Source: Thauera sp.
GTDB taxonomy: Bacteria > Pseudomonadota > Gammaproteobacteria > Burkholderiales > Rhodocyclaceae
DNA length: 64,000 nt
Direction of reading: 5' to 3'
Assembly (NCBI GenBank): GCA_003446655.1
Contig: DMCZ01000076.1
Span: forward strand, 12,089 to 76,088
How positions within the stretch are numbered: position 1 is the first letter of the stretch; the number at the start of each line of letters is the position of its first letter. Made by a program: the position numbers and the translations under genes. A model generated the notes under the pieces. It saw nothing but the letters and a program-made list of their open reading frames with translations. It had not been told where the DNA came from and did not search any database. Positions 21,877 through 34,021 of this stretch are shown here, piece after piece.

Positions 21877-22151
21877 ATGGTTGTAATCCCGGCAATCTGG
21901 AGGCGTTCTGGACAGGGGTTCGATTCCCCTCACCTCCACCCAAGCGCATTCGGGAGTGTGTTTGGGTGGGGGTGTACCGGTTTCGACAGGGCGGGCAAAG
22001 GTGAGCAGGCAACCCGAAAGGCGACGGACGTAATCCGCGCAAATCCATAAACGCCAACGATGAGCGTTTCGCACTGGCCGCTTAAGGCCTATGCCGAGGC
22101 TGCTTGAGCCTTGTTACCAAAGAAAAGCCGGTGGGGACTTCGGTCCCCATC
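21877..22151 (+). ncRNA. ssrA: Circularly permuted two-piece tmRNA (betaproteobacterial type); tag ANDERFALAA
   Basis: The T-arm/3' acceptor strand (AGGGGTTCGATTCCCCT-CACCTCCA, to 21938) precedes the 5' acceptor strand GGGGGTG...TTCGAC (21968). G3.U70 pair present. Tag ORF at 22053-22085. Ends are approximate. Confidence 0.95.
22130..22151 (+). terminator. 3' hairpin/terminator of ssrA
   Basis: GGTGGGGAC-TTCG-GTCCCCATC hairpin with UUCG loop and no clear U-run. Confidence 0.55.
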
Positions 22152-22368
22152 GTCACGTCTACGCGGCCCATTTTTCGCTGCAATCGGCGACCTTGCGCGC
22201 TCATGTCGCATGTCGCGCGACTTCATGCCCGTGGTGTCGGTGATCGACGGTACGCAGTAGTCGCGAATGGCGCTGGCAGCGTCAGCACTGCGCAGGAAGA
22301 TTTGACCCGCATGATCAGCGGTGACGTCTTCCATCTCTACCCAATTCCTGCCCGGCCGCTCAAGAAAG

Positions 22369-22396
22369 CAAAACGCCAGCCCCGAGGGACTGGCGT
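22369..22396 (-). terminator. Terminator downstream of rpoD-tRNA-Ile
   Basis: Minus strand reads ACGCCAGTCCCTCGGGGCTGGCGT-TTTGCTTT. Confidence 0.7.
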
Positions 22397-22412
22397 AAGT
22401 GCTTGATGCAAT

Positions 22413-22491
<79 letters not shown>

Positions 22492-22499
22492 GGCAAGCC

Positions 22500-24497
<1,998 letters not shown>

Positions 24498-24546
24498 GGC
24501 ACTCCTCTAAGTGAGGGTGTAAGAAAATGGGAAACCCAAAATTATA

Positions 24547-26439
24547 CTATAAATCTGAGACTTTGCTTCCGCTGGCGAGGTTCCGCTTCTCCATAAGTAG
24601 CTCTCCCAGGCGGTGGCGACCACTGGCATCTAGCCCTCGGTCACGATCCTGTTTTAGCAGGGCGGCGATCTCGTTGCCGACGCTGTCGGCGTGGAGCTTG
24701 CGCAGCGTGTCGTCGAACAGCGTCTCGACCACCGCTTCGTCGAATTCCGCATCGACGAGTTCCGCAGCGACCCGCGACAGGGTCTCGCCATGCGGGGTGT
24801 CACGGAAGCGTTCGATCAAGGCGCCGAGCCCGCCTGCGGGCACGGGCTCGCCCAGGCTGAGCAGGTCGATGATCGCGATCAGCGCCAGGCCTTCCGCGCT
24901 GTCGGCGGGTATCAGCGCCACCGGCAGGCGCGCAGCCCAGGTTGGATGCTGGAGGACGAGCCGGAGCAGCGTGCTGGCGGTGGAGGGGGGTTTCCGACGT
25001 CCACCCGGGCGGGGTCGCGGCGCAGGGGCGTGCCTGCGCCGCATGTTCCCCGGCGGCAGGTCGCGAACCTCGAGGTCGTCCGGGCTTGCCGCGGGGGGTG
25101 CCGTTGTCTCGCTGCGTGCTGCAGGCTGTCCGTCGGCGCTGCGTCGGCGTGGAGTCTGCGCGGCCAGCTGTTCGAACGCGAATTCGACCTCGCCCTGGGT
25201 CATGCCGGCGGTCTCGGCAACCGTCTTGACGAGCTGGAGCTTGAGCAGCGGAGCGGCGATCCGGGTGATCAGCGGTGCAGCCTCATGCACGAAGGCCGCG
25301 CGTCCTTCGGCGCTATCGAGAGCGTGGTGCTCGGACAGTGTCTGGATCAGGAAGCGCGCCAGCGGCGTTGCAGCCAGCGCAGCTTTCCGCAAGGCGTCGG
25401 CACCCTCTGCGCGCACGAAGGAGTCGGGGTCGTGCTCGGCGGGCAGGAACAGGAAGGCGAGTGTGGCGTCGTCGCGCAGCGACTCGAGCGCATTTTCCAG
25501 CGCGCGCCAGGCCGCCCGCCGACCGGCTGCGTCGCCGTCAAAGCAGAACACGATGCGATCGGTCTGGCGCAGCAGCGTGTGCACATGGTGCGGCGTGGTG
25601 GCGGTGCCGAGTGTGGCGACCGCGTTCTCGATCCCGAACTGGGCGAGTGCGACCACGTCCATGTAGCCTTCGACCACGACGACGAATCCGGCGTCACGGA
25701 TCGCCTTCTGCGCCAGGAAGAGGCCGTACAGCTCCCGGCCCTTCTCGAACAGCGGCGTTTCGGGCGAGTTCAGGTATTTGGGCTCGCCCTTGTCGAGTAC
25801 GCGCCCCCCGAAGGCGATGATCCGGCCACGGCGGTCGTGGATCGGGAAGGTGATCCGGTTGCGGAAGCGGTCGTAGCGCCGGCCCTGGTCGTTATCGATC
25901 ACCAGTCCGGCTTCGGCGAGCACCTTTGCCTGATAGTCGGGAAACGCCTTCTGCAGGGCCTGCCAGTCGTCAGGGGCGAAGCCCAGCTCGAAACGCGCAG
26001 CGACCTGTCCGGAGAGGCCGCGCCGTTTGAGGTAATCGACGGCCGGGCGCGCGCTCTTGAGCTGATCGCGGTAGAAGCGGGCGGCGACGGCCATGGCTTC
26101 GTAAAGGCGTTCGCTGGCGTCGTGATGGGCAGGTGCTGCGCTGCGCCCGTCGTCGGGCACCTGCAGTCCGACCTGGCTGGCAAGTTCCTTCACGGCATCG
26201 ACGAAGCCGAGGCCGCTGTATTCCATCAGGAAGCCGATTGCACTGCCATGCACGCCGCACCCGAAGCAGTGATAAAACTGCTTGGACGGGCTGACCGAGA
26301 ACGACGCGGACTTTTCACCATGGAAAGGGCAGCAGGCGAAGTAGTTCGCGCCGCTCTTCTTGAGCGGAAGGTAGCGTTCGATGACGTCAACGATATCGAC
26401 GCGGGACAGCAGTTCCTGGACGAAGGACTGTGGAATCAT
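24547..26439 (-). CDS. dnaG: DNA primase
   Basis: CPFH zinc finger, YHCFGC, KYLNSPET, EGYMD and FDGD Toprim motifs. Confidence 0.98.
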   Translation of the reverse strand: MIPQSFVQELLSRVDIVDVIERYLPLKKSGANYFACCPFHGEKSASFSVSPSKQFYHCFGCGVHGSAIGFLMEYSGLGFVDAVKELASQVGLQVPDDGRSAAPAHHDASERLYEAMAVAARFYRDQLKSARPAVDYLKRRGLSGQVAARFELGFAPDDWQALQKAFPDYQAKVLAEAGLVIDNDQGRRYDRFRNRITFPIHDRRGRIIAFGGRVLDKGEPKYLNSPETPLFEKGRELYGLFLAQKAIRDAGFVVVVEGYMDVVALAQFGIENAVATLGTATTPHHVHTLLRQTDRIVFCFDGDAAGRRAAWRALENALESLRDDATLAFLFLPAEHDPDSFVRAEGADALRKAALAATPLARFLIQTLSEHHALDSAEGRAAFVHEAAPLITRIAAPLLKLQLVKTVAETAGMTQGEVEFAFEQLAAQTPRRRSADGQPAARSETTAPPAASPDDLEVRDLPPGNMRRRHAPAPRPRPGGRRKPPSTASTLLRLVLQHPTWAARLPVALIPADSAEGLALIAIIDLLSLGEPVPAGGLGALIERFRDTPHGETLSRVAAELVDAEFDEAVVETLFDDTLRKLHADSVGNEIAALLKQDRDRGLDASGRHRLGELLMEKRNLASGSKVSDL

Positions 26440-26508
26440 CGCGCACGCGAACTCGCTCCAGCGCGCCGCGTTGCGGCTGAGCGCCCGGGCGGGTGGAAGG
26501 AGTGATCG

Positions 26509-26556
26509 TTGAAAAGCATCACGCCGGGCGAGAGTCCAGTGACCCTCGGCCGGCGT
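26509..26556 (-). terminator. Internal hairpin/terminator between rpsU and dnaG
   Basis: Minus strand reads CACGCCGGCCGAGGGTC-ACTG-GACTCTCGCCCGGCGTG then ATGCTTTT. Confidence 0.55.
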
Positions 26557-26590
26557 GCAGGCATCCCCGCGTGGCGGGGTGCGAGAGCAA

Positions 26591-26803
26591 TCAGTAGAGC
26601 TTCGGCGGCAGCGTCTGGCTGCGCAGGCGCTTGTGATTGCGCTTCACGGCGGCGGCCAGCTTGCGCTTGCGCTCGGCGGTGGGCTTCTCGTAGAACTCGC
26701 GCGAGCGCAGTTCGGTCAGCACACCGGTCTTCTCGATGGTGCGCTTGAAGCGGCGGATCGCAACTTCAAACGGCTCGTTTTCCTTGACGCGGATACCGGG
26801 CAT
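26591..26803 (-). CDS. rpsU: 30S ribosomal protein S21
   Basis: [14 protein letters not shown]...REFYEKPT. Confidence 0.98.
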   Translation of the reverse strand: MPGIRVKENEPFEVAIRRFKRTIEKTGVLTELRSREFYEKPTAERKRKLAAAVKRNHKRLRSQTLPPKLY

Positions 26804-26939
26804 TGCGGACTTCCTTGGGTGTCTGGTGGGCAGAAAGACCGCGAATATAAACCACGCCCATCGTTAAGGCAAGGGCAGCGTTCGCCAGAATCTGCCGGCG
26901 CGGGGTTAAAATGCAACACCGAATCAAGCGGATGCACCC

Positions 26940-27974
26940 ATGAACGTCCTCGGCATCGAAACCTCCTGCGACGAAACCGGCGTGGCGATCTACGACACCG
27001 AAGCGGGCCTGCTCGCGCATGGTCTGCACTCGCAGATCGATCTGCATGCCGCCTATGGCGGCGTGGTGCCCGAGCTGGCCTCGCGCGACCACATTCGCCG
27101 CCTCCCCGTGCTGATCCGGCAGACGCTTGCCGATGCGGGCCTGGGTGCGGGTGACATCGATGCGGTCGCCTACACCTCCGGCCCAGGTCTGGCCGGTGCG
27201 CTGCTCGTGGGGGCGAGTGTCGCCGAGTCCTTCGCGATGGCTCGCGGCATTCCGGCCCTGCCCGTGCATCACCTCGAGGGGCATCTGCTGTCGCCGATGC
27301 TGTCGGCCGACCCGCCGGCCTTTCCCTTCGTCGCCCTGCTGGTCTCTGGCGGACACACCCAGCTGATGCGCGTGCGTGGCGTGGGGGATTACGCCTTGCT
27401 CGGAGAATCGGTGGATGATGCGGCAGGCGAAGCCTTCGACAAGACCGCCAAGCTGCTCGGTCTCGGCTATCCGGGCGGTCCGCAGCTTGCGAAGCTGGCG
27501 GAGCAAGGGGTGGCGGGGCGGTTTCGTCTTCCGCGTCCGATGCTGCACTCGGGCGACCTGGACTTCAGCTTCAGCGGCCTCAAGACCGCCGTGCTCAACG
27601 TCGTGTCAGCGCCGGGCTGGAATCCGGCCGACATGGCCGATCTCGCCGCCGAGTTCCAGCAGGCGGTGGTCGACGTATTGTGCGCGAAGGCGCTCGCGGC
27701 GTTGAAGAAGGTGGGCCTGAAGACGTTGGTGGTTGCCGGCGGCGTGGGCGCCAACCTTCAGCTTCGTGCAGTGCTTGATGCGGCGGTTTCCCGTCGCGGG
27801 GGTCGGGTGCATTACCCGGAGCCTGCGCTCTGCACCGACAACGGCGCGATGATCGCGTTTGCCGGCGCCTTGCGATTGGCGGCGGGCGAATCCGGTGCGC
27901 AGGCCCCGGCAGTCAGGATCCGGCCGCGCTGGCCTCTCGTTGATCTGCAGCCTCCGCGTCGGGCGGCCGGCTGA
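26940..27974 (+). CDS. tsaD: tRNA t6A37 threonylcarbamoyltransferase
   Basis: [31 protein letters not shown] and CTDNGAMIA motifs. Confidence 0.98.
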   Translation: MNVLGIETSCDETGVAIYDTEAGLLAHGLHSQIDLHAAYGGVVPELASRDHIRRLPVLIRQTLADAGLGAGDIDAVAYTSGPGLAGALLVGASVAESFAMARGIPALPVHHLEGHLLSPMLSADPPAFPFVALLVSGGHTQLMRVRGVGDYALLGESVDDAAGEAFDKTAKLLGLGYPGGPQLAKLAEQGVAGRFRLPRPMLHSGDLDFSFSGLKTAVLNVVSAPGWNPADMADLAAEFQQAVVDVLCAKALAALKKVGLKTLVVAGGVGANLQLRAVLDAAVSRRGGRVHYPEPALCTDNGAMIAFAGALRLAAGESGAQAPAVRIRPRWPLVDLQPPRRAAG

Positions 27975-28055
27975 GGCGTGTGTCGCCGGCGATCGTCGGG
28001 GTGGAGCAGCTGCAGACCGTGTTGGCGGCGCTGTGGGCGTGACTCGAGCGGCGGC

Positions 28056-28664
28056 TCAGGCCCCGGGTTGCTTGTTCTTGCTTCCGCCGATCTTGCCTTC
28101 GGTGCCTGCGCGCAGGCGCGCGATGTTGGCCTTGTGACGCCAGATCAGCACGGCGGCGATCACCGCCACGACGCCGACCGGCGCGGTGGGGCCCAGGAAA
28201 AGCAGCCCCGCGAATGGCGCTGCCACTGCAGCTGAAAGTGCTGCCGCCGACGAATAGCGCGAGGTGTAGGCGATCATCAGCCAGATCACCGCGCTGAAGA
28301 TCGCGATCCGTCCATCGATGCCCGCCAGTACGCCCAGCGCGGTGGCGACGCCCTTGCCGCCGTTGAAGCGCAGGAACGCCGAGAACACATGCCCGAGGAA
28401 GGCGGCCAGGCCGGCGAGTGCTGCGTGGCTGGCGTCGAAACCCAGCCGTGTCGCTGCCCATACGGCAAGCCAGCCCTTCAGGCTGTCCCCGAGCAATGTC
28501 AGTGCTGCAGCGCCCTTGTTGCCGCTGCGCAGGACGTTGGTGGCACCCGGGTTGCCCGAGCCGTACTTGCGTGGATCCTGCAGGCCGAAAAGCTTGCTGG
28601 TGACGACGGCGAAAGGGATCGAGCCAAGCAGATAGGCGGCAAGAAGCAGCGGCAGGAGAAGCAT
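28056..28664 (-). CDS. plsY: Glycerol-3-phosphate acyltransferase
   Basis: [16 protein letters not shown] and RHKANI.RL motifs. Confidence 0.97.
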   Translation of the reverse strand: MLLLPLLLAAYLLGSIPFAVVTSKLFGLQDPRKYGSGNPGATNVLRSGNKGAAALTLLGDSLKGWLAVWAATRLGFDASHAALAGLAAFLGHVFSAFLRFNGGKGVATALGVLAGIDGRIAIFSAVIWLMIAYTSRYSSAAALSAAVAAPFAGLLFLGPTAPVGVVAVIAAVLIWRHKANIARLRAGTEGKIGGSKNKQPGA

Positions 28665-28837
28665 TGTGGCTCCGCCATCCGGCCGGGCCGGGCGGCTTTG
28701 AAGAATTCGGTTGATCGGAGGGGGTGGATAGGCCTGCGCGATGCAGGAGGATCCAGGCCGGGCGTGTGCTGAAAAGCTTTTTCCGGCGGTCCTGTCCTGG
28801 CGCGATAGAATCCGCCCGATTCTAAACGGGAAGCAGC

Positions 28838-29212
28838 ATGGATTTCATCTTCATCGAGGAAATGCGCGTCAAGGCGTGGGTCGGCATCTACGAGCGCGAA
28901 AAAACCGGTCCGCAGACGGTCGAACTCAATCTGACCTTCGGTGTGCCGGAGGCGGCCGCCGAGCACGACGACATCGCCGATACCATTGATTACGCCATCG
29001 TCACTGCGCGCATTCGCGATGAACTGGGCGGGCGCCATTTCAACCTGATCGAAAGCCTGGGGGAATTCGTCGTCAATTTGCTATTCGAGGAATTCGGCGC
29101 CCCATGGGTGAAATTGAAGGTCGCGAAGATCGGTGTGATGAAGGATGTTCGCCGCGTCGGCGTGCATATTCAGCGCAGCCGCACCGGAGTGACCGTTCCA
29201 CCGAATGCCTGA
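28838..29212 (+). CDS. folB: Dihydroneopterin aldolase
   Basis: GIYERE, DTIDY and FNLIE motifs. Divergent from plsY. Confidence 0.93.
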   Translation: MDFIFIEEMRVKAWVGIYEREKTGPQTVELNLTFGVPEAAAEHDDIADTIDYAIVTARIRDELGGRHFNLIESLGEFVVNLLFEEFGAPWVKLKVAKIGVMKDVRRVGVHIQRSRTGVTVPPNA

Positions 29213-29313
29213 TAAGCGCCTGAAAGCGAAGGGCCGCGATTCCGAAGCCGATCCGGAGTAGCGGCCCTTGCAGCGAATGCCCGTAGGATCGCTTCTCGGA
29301 CGCCCGGGCGGCG

Positions 29314-29685
29314 TCAGGCGGCGAGCTCGTCGAGTGCCTTGCCCTGCGCGATCCAGTCGAGCGCCCATTGCGGCTTGCGCCCACGCCCGCTCCAGCCTTG
29401 ATCCGGATTCGCCGGGTTGCGGTACCTGATGATCGGTGCCGGCTTTGCGGCCTTCGCGGTCTTGGCGCCGGGGCGACGGCCACGCTTTGCTGCCGGCTTG
29501 ACGTCGGCGCTTGCCGGTGCGCCGCCCTCCAGCAGATCGTCCAGCGACAGGCCTTCATCGGCGGCCATTTTCTGCATGCGCTTGATGAGGTTGCGACGCG
29601 TCACATCACTGCGGCGACGGATCTCGCTTTCGACCTTGGCTTGAAGGCGGCGCAATTCGGGCAGGGTATAACTCGACAGATCCAT
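29314..29685 (-). CDS. H-NS family nucleoid-associated protein
   Basis: YRNP....WSGRGRKPQW DNA-binding motif, N-terminal coiled coil, AT-rich upstream region. Confidence 0.92.
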   Translation of the reverse strand: MDLSSYTLPELRRLQAKVESEIRRRSDVTRRNLIKRMQKMAADEGLSLDDLLEGGAPASADVKPAAKRGRRPGAKTAKAAKPAPIIRYRNPANPDQGWSGRGRKPQWALDWIAQGKALDELAA

Positions 29686-29877
29686 GGCTTCTCCGGTTCC
29701 TAAAATGGTATTGCACGGCAGGAATAAGGCTCTCTGCGGCACATTTACGCTACACGTGCCTGCCTTATTCGATTGGCGGTAATTGTGCCACCATTCAAAA
29801 CCGAATTGAAAACTATCGATCGGACTGGATTGCTTTCTTTTTTCCGCGTTATTGAATCGCGCCGCAACGACGTGCCG

Positions 29878-30366
29878 TCAATTCGCTACCTGTACCAGCT
29901 TGGGCTGCAGGGCTCGAAGCAGGTCGTGCGGATGAATGCCGACCAGAAATCCACGCCGCCCGCCGTTGATGTAGATGAGGGGAAGGTCGAGGATCGTGCG
30001 TTCCAGGAACACCGGCATCTTCTTGCGCGTTCCGAAAGGTGAGGTGCCGCCGACCAGGTAGCCGCTGTGGCGATTCGCCGTTTCGGGCCGGCACGCTTCA
30101 ACATGCTTGCAAGGAATCTGGCGAGCGAGCTCCTTGGTCGACACCTTGTGATCGCCGTGCATCAGGACGACCATCGGTTGAGCATTCTCGTCTTCCATGA
30201 TCAGGGTCTTTATGACGGCATGTTCGCTCACGTTCAGTTCGCGTGCGGATACAGCGGTGCCGCCATGTTCCTCGTATTCGTAGAGATGGCTCGAAAATGC
30301 AATCCCGTGCTGGCGAAGGAAGCGAGTCGCCGGCGTTTCGGGTGCGTGCGTGTCTTGTCTGCTCAT
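29878..30366 (-). CDS. ybaK: Cys-tRNA(Pro) deacylase, YbaK/EbsC family
   Basis: ETPAT, KTL, SGYLVGGTSPFG and INGGRRG motifs. Confidence 0.93.
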   Translation of the reverse strand: MSRQDTHAPETPATRFLRQHGIAFSSHLYEYEEHGGTAVSARELNVSEHAVIKTLIMEDENAQPMVVLMHGDHKVSTKELARQIPCKHVEACRPETANRHSGYLVGGTSPFGTRKKMPVFLERTILDLPLIYINGGRRGFLVGIHPHDLLRALQPKLVQVAN

Positions 30367-30462
30367 GATGAGTCCGGACTCGGTTTAATTGGTCTGTGGT
30401 CTTCGGTGAATTGGGCTGCAATGATAATCGAGGCTGTCCGATTGATTCGCCTCGCGGATTGA

Positions 30463-31392
30463 TCAGGCGCGAGGGTGGTGCTTCGCATGCAGTTGCTTGA
30501 GCCGTTCGCGGGCCACATGCGTGTAGATCTGCGTGGTCGATATGTCGGCGTGCCCGAGCAGCAATTGCACCACGCGCAGATCCGCGCCGTGATTGAGCAG
30601 GTGCGTCGCGAATGCGTGGCGCAGCGTGTGCGGTGAAATGCGCTCGCGCGCAATGCCAGCATCGACTGCATATTGTTTGATGATGCGCCAGAACATCTGC
30701 CGTGTCATGCCGGTGCCGAGCCGGGTCACGAAGACCTCGTCGCAATTGCGCCCGGCAAGCAGCGACGCCCGGCCTTCGGACAGATAGCGCTGCAGCCATT
30801 CCGCGGCGATTTCGCCGATCGGGACGAGACGTTCCTTGCTGCCCTTTCCCATGATGCGCAGCACGCCCTCGTTGAGCCCCACCGCAAACACCTTGAGGCT
30901 GACCAGCTCTGATACACGCAGACCGGCCGCGTAAAGCACCTCGAGCATGCAGCGGTCGCGCAAGCCTTGCGGGGTCCCGGTATCGGGAGCATTGAGCAGG
31001 GCCTCGACCTGGGCTTCGCTGAGCGTCTTGGGAAAGCGCTCGGCAGGCATCGGGGCGTCGAGCAGCAGTGTCGGGTCCTCGGCGATTTCGCGGTTGGCCA
31101 GCAGCATCCGGTAGTAGCGTCGCCAGGTGGCGAGCAGCCTGCGCTGGCTCGCCGTCTTGCGCTTGCGGCTGAAGTCGGCCAGATAGGCTGCGAGCTCGTG
31201 CGGCGCTGCGCTCGGCAGCCTTTTGTCGCGCGTCTCCAGCCAGGCGGCAAAATGCGCAAGGTCGCTGCGGTAGCCTGCCAGGGTGTTGCGGGCGAGGCCG
31301 TGTTCCAGCCAGAGGGCGTCGGTGAAGCGGTCGAGTTCGCTGCGATGGTGGGGCTGAAGCCCGGCTTCCACCGCCGGGGTGCGCGCGCTCAC
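30463..31392 (-). CDS. xerD: Site-specific tyrosine recombinase XerD
   Basis: GLARNTL..YRSDL, LYAAGLRVSEL, SPHTLRHAFATHLL and HADISTTQIYTHV motifs. GTG start overlaps the ogt stop. Confidence 0.96.
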   Translation of the reverse strand: MSARTPAVEAGLQPHHRSELDRFTDALWLEHGLARNTLAGYRSDLAHFAAWLETRDKRLPSAAPHELAAYLADFSRKRKTASQRRLLATWRRYYRMLLANREIAEDPTLLLDAPMPAERFPKTLSEAQVEALLNAPDTGTPQGLRDRCMLEVLYAAGLRVSELVSLKVFAVGLNEGVLRIMGKGSKERLVPIGEIAAEWLQRYLSEGRASLLAGRNCDEVFVTRLGTGMTRQMFWRIIKQYAVDAGIARERISPHTLRHAFATHLLNHGADLRVVQLLLGHADISTTQIYTHVARERLKQLHAKHHPRA

Positions 31393-31913
31393 CGCGCCGC
31401 TTCGAAGGCCAGCAGCCAGCGCTTGACGTCGAGCAGCCAGCCGTTGCGGGCATTGGCGAATCCCCCCAGTCCGTGCGCCGCGGTCACGCGGTGACACGGC
31501 ACGATCAGCGGAAAGGGATTGGCACCGCAGGCTTGTCCGACTGCGCGTGGCGCGCTGCCGAGCTGCGCGGCCAGCGCGCCGTAAGTGGTGGTGTGCCCGC
31601 GTGGAATTGCACCGATTGCGTCCCACACGCGTTGGCGGAAGGGTGTGCCCGCGCGCGCGAGCGGGACCGGGAAGCGCAGGTCGGGATCCTCGATCCACTC
31701 GCGCAGCGCATGGGCCGCAGCGCCTGCAGTGGCGTTGCGCGGATCGAGCAGCGGCGTGCCGGGGGGCAGGAACACGAGCGCCTGAACCTCGCCGTCATGA
31801 GCCCGGATGCCGAAGGGGCCGAAGGGGAGCGCGATGATCGCGTCGAAGCCCGGCGGCAGCGCGCCGTCGCCGGCACGCAGGCTGCCTGCTATTGCGCCGG
31901 GCACCGCGATCAT
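31389..31913 (-). CDS. ogt: Methylated-DNA--protein-cysteine methyltransferase
   Basis: RAVGQACGANP...VPCHRV active site. Confidence 0.92.
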   Translation of the reverse strand: MIAVPGAIAGSLRAGDGALPPGFDAIIALPFGPFGIRAHDGEVQALVFLPPGTPLLDPRNATAGAAAHALREWIEDPDLRFPVPLARAGTPFRQRVWDAIGAIPRGHTTTYGALAAQLGSAPRAVGQACGANPFPLIVPCHRVTAAHGLGGFANARNGWLLDVKRWLLAFEAAR

Positions 31914-32491
31914 TCCCGGCGCCCGAGCAGTGCGTCGCGAAGCTGGTGATCGGCAGGCTGGTCACCGAGCCATATGCGAAGCAGGGCGGGGTAGAAGCGC
32001 GCGTCGGCAATGTCGCCACCGCGCTGCTCGCCGCTGACGATCAGGCGTGTAGCGCCATTGGTGAGGCGGTCGAGGAGAATTTCGGTGCCTGATCTGACAT
32101 CGCCAACGGCCGAGAGGGCCTGCACCAGGGCGTCGGTTGCGGGTTTGAGCGCAGCGAGTTCGGCAGGCTCGTGGTTCTTCTGCAGTCCCGCCAGCAGCGC
32201 GTCACCGAACTGGCTGGCCTCGAGATCGCGCGTGAGCACGATGCGGATGCGCTTCTCGCCCTCGTCGGCGATGATCGCCGCGGCGTCGGTCAGCGGTGCG
32301 CGCATGTACAGCCCCATCGCATACACCTTGAAGCCGAGCCGAGTGCGCAGGCCAGCGCCGTTGAGTGTCAGCGTGTCCTTGTAGGCGCGCAACTCGGGGG
32401 GGTAATCGACCCCGCCAACCTGGACAGCCGCCTGGACGGTGCCGGCCGAAAGGATGGCGGCGGTCAGCAGGGTACGGATGAAGCGATGCAT
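31910..32491 (-). CDS. Secreted chalcone-isomerase-like protein
   Basis: Signal peptide; LNGAGLR....KVYAMGLY and ALLRIWLGD.P motifs. Confidence 0.85.
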   Translation of the reverse strand: MHRFIRTLLTAAILSAGTVQAAVQVGGVDYPPELRAYKDTLTLNGAGLRTRLGFKVYAMGLYMRAPLTDAAAIIADEGEKRIRIVLTRDLEASQFGDALLAGLQKNHEPAELAALKPATDALVQALSAVGDVRSGTEILLDRLTNGATRLIVSGEQRGGDIADARFYPALLRIWLGDQPADHQLRDALLGRRE

Positions 32492-32532
32492 CGGGGTTCC
32501 TTGTTTCCTCTTGTGAGCGGGGGCCTTCGGGC

Positions 32533-33810
32533 TCAGCGGCGAACTTCACCGTTGCCGAATACGATCCATTTCTGGCTGGTCAGGCCTTCGAGTCCGACGG
32601 GGCCGCGGGCGTGGATCTTGTCGGTGGAGATTCCGATCTCGGCGCCGAGGCCGTACTCGAAGCCGTCGGCGAAGCGGGTGGAGGCATTGACCATCACCGA
32701 GGACGAATCTACCTCGCGCAGGAAGCGCATGGCGTGGGAATAGTTCTCGGTGACGATCGCTTCGGTGTGGCCCGAACTGTAGGTGTTGATGTGGGCGATC
32801 GCCTCATCCAGGTCCGCGACCAGCTTCACCGCGATGATCGGGGCAAGGTACTCTTCACGCCAGTCCGCCTCGGTCGCCGCCACCAGCCGTGCGCCTGTGA
32901 CGCCCGCCTCATGCAGCAGGGAGAGCGACTCGGCGCAGCATCGCATCTCTACCCCTTTGGCGGCCAGCATCCGGGCGATCTCCGGCAGGTAGATGTCGGC
33001 GACGTCGCGCGCCACCAGCAGCGATTCGGCGGTGTTGCAGGTGCCGTAGCGCTGGGTTTTGGCATTTTCGACGATAGGTACGACCTTTGCAGGGTCGGCA
33101 TCAAGGTCAATGTAGACGTGGCAGTTGCCATCGAGGTGCTTGATCACCGGCACGCGCGCGTCCTTCGCAATGCGTTCGATCAGGCCCTTGCCGCCGCGCG
33201 GAACGATGACGTCGACGTACTCGGGCATGGTGATCAGGGCACCGACGGCCTCGCGGTCGGTGGTCTCGACCACCTGCACGACGTGCTCGGGCAGGCCGGC
33301 CGCCAGCAGTCCGGCGCGCACGCAGGCGGCGATCGCGCGGTTGGCGTGGATCGCCTCCTTGCCGCCGCGCAGGATCGCGGCATTGCCGGATTTCAGGCAA
33401 AGCGCGGCGGCGTCGGCGGTGACGTTGGGGCGAGCCTCGTAGATGATGCCGATCACGCCCAGCGGAACGCGCATCTTGCCAAGCGAGATGCCCGAAGGGC
33501 GGCGCTTGATGTCGGTCATCTCGCCTACCGGGTCGGGGAGGGCGGCAACCTGTTCCAGGCCGGAAGCCATTGCCTCGATGCCTTTCTCATCCAGGGTCAG
33601 GCGGTCGATCAGGGCGGGCTCCAGGCCGGCGGCGCGGGCTTCGTCGAGGTCCTGCGTGTTGGCGGCGAGCAGCTCGGCGCGACGCGCGCGGATCTCGGCG
33701 GCCATTGCACGCAGCGCGGCATTCTTGGCTTCGGTCGAGGCGGCGGCGATCAGGCGCGATGCGGCGCGAGCCTGGCGGCCCAGAGTGTGCATGTAGTGCT
33801 GGATGTCCAT
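32533..33810 (-). CDS. proA: Gamma-glutamyl phosphate reductase
   Basis: [31 protein letters not shown] and HARGPVGL motifs. Confidence 0.97.
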   Translation of the reverse strand: MDIQHYMHTLGRQARAASRLIAAASTEAKNAALRAMAAEIRARRAELLAANTQDLDEARAAGLEPALIDRLTLDEKGIEAMASGLEQVAALPDPVGEMTDIKRRPSGISLGKMRVPLGVIGIIYEARPNVTADAAALCLKSGNAAILRGGKEAIHANRAIAACVRAGLLAAGLPEHVVQVVETTDREAVGALITMPEYVDVIVPRGGKGLIERIAKDARVPVIKHLDGNCHVYIDLDADPAKVVPIVENAKTQRYGTCNTAESLLVARDVADIYLPEIARMLAAKGVEMRCCAESLSLLHEAGVTGARLVAATEADWREEYLAPIIAVKLVADLDEAIAHINTYSSGHTEAIVTENYSHAMRFLREVDSSSVMVNASTRFADGFEYGLGAEIGISTDKIHARGPVGLEGLTSQKWIVFGNGEVRR

Positions 33811-34021
33811 GGGGGGGCGAGTCAGGGCAGTGTTCGAGGCGATGCGCCTGCTTGGCCGGCGCGGAGAAGCCAGCATTAAAGCATCGAACGCGGCGCCGAT
33901 GGAACCGGGTCGCACCGTCGCTTGAGATGGGGGCTGCGCCTGCTGGGGGGAAGCCGGGGAGCGGACGTGCAGTTGGCAACCGAGCATGTGGGCTTCGCGG
34001 GCAGGTCCGTTACCGCGGTTC

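Noticed and set aside
21733-22074. ORF-track ORFs overlapping 21733-22074 on both strands
   Set aside because: They are spurious frames across the tmRNA gene
30463-31392. Tyrosine recombinase as a sign of a mobile element
   Set aside because: Sequence and ogt/ybaK context match housekeeping XerD; no att sites or cargo genes
33924-33956. Sigma32-like -10 (CCCCATCT) upstream of proA
   Set aside because: No acceptable -35 element (CTTCCC instead of CTTGAA)
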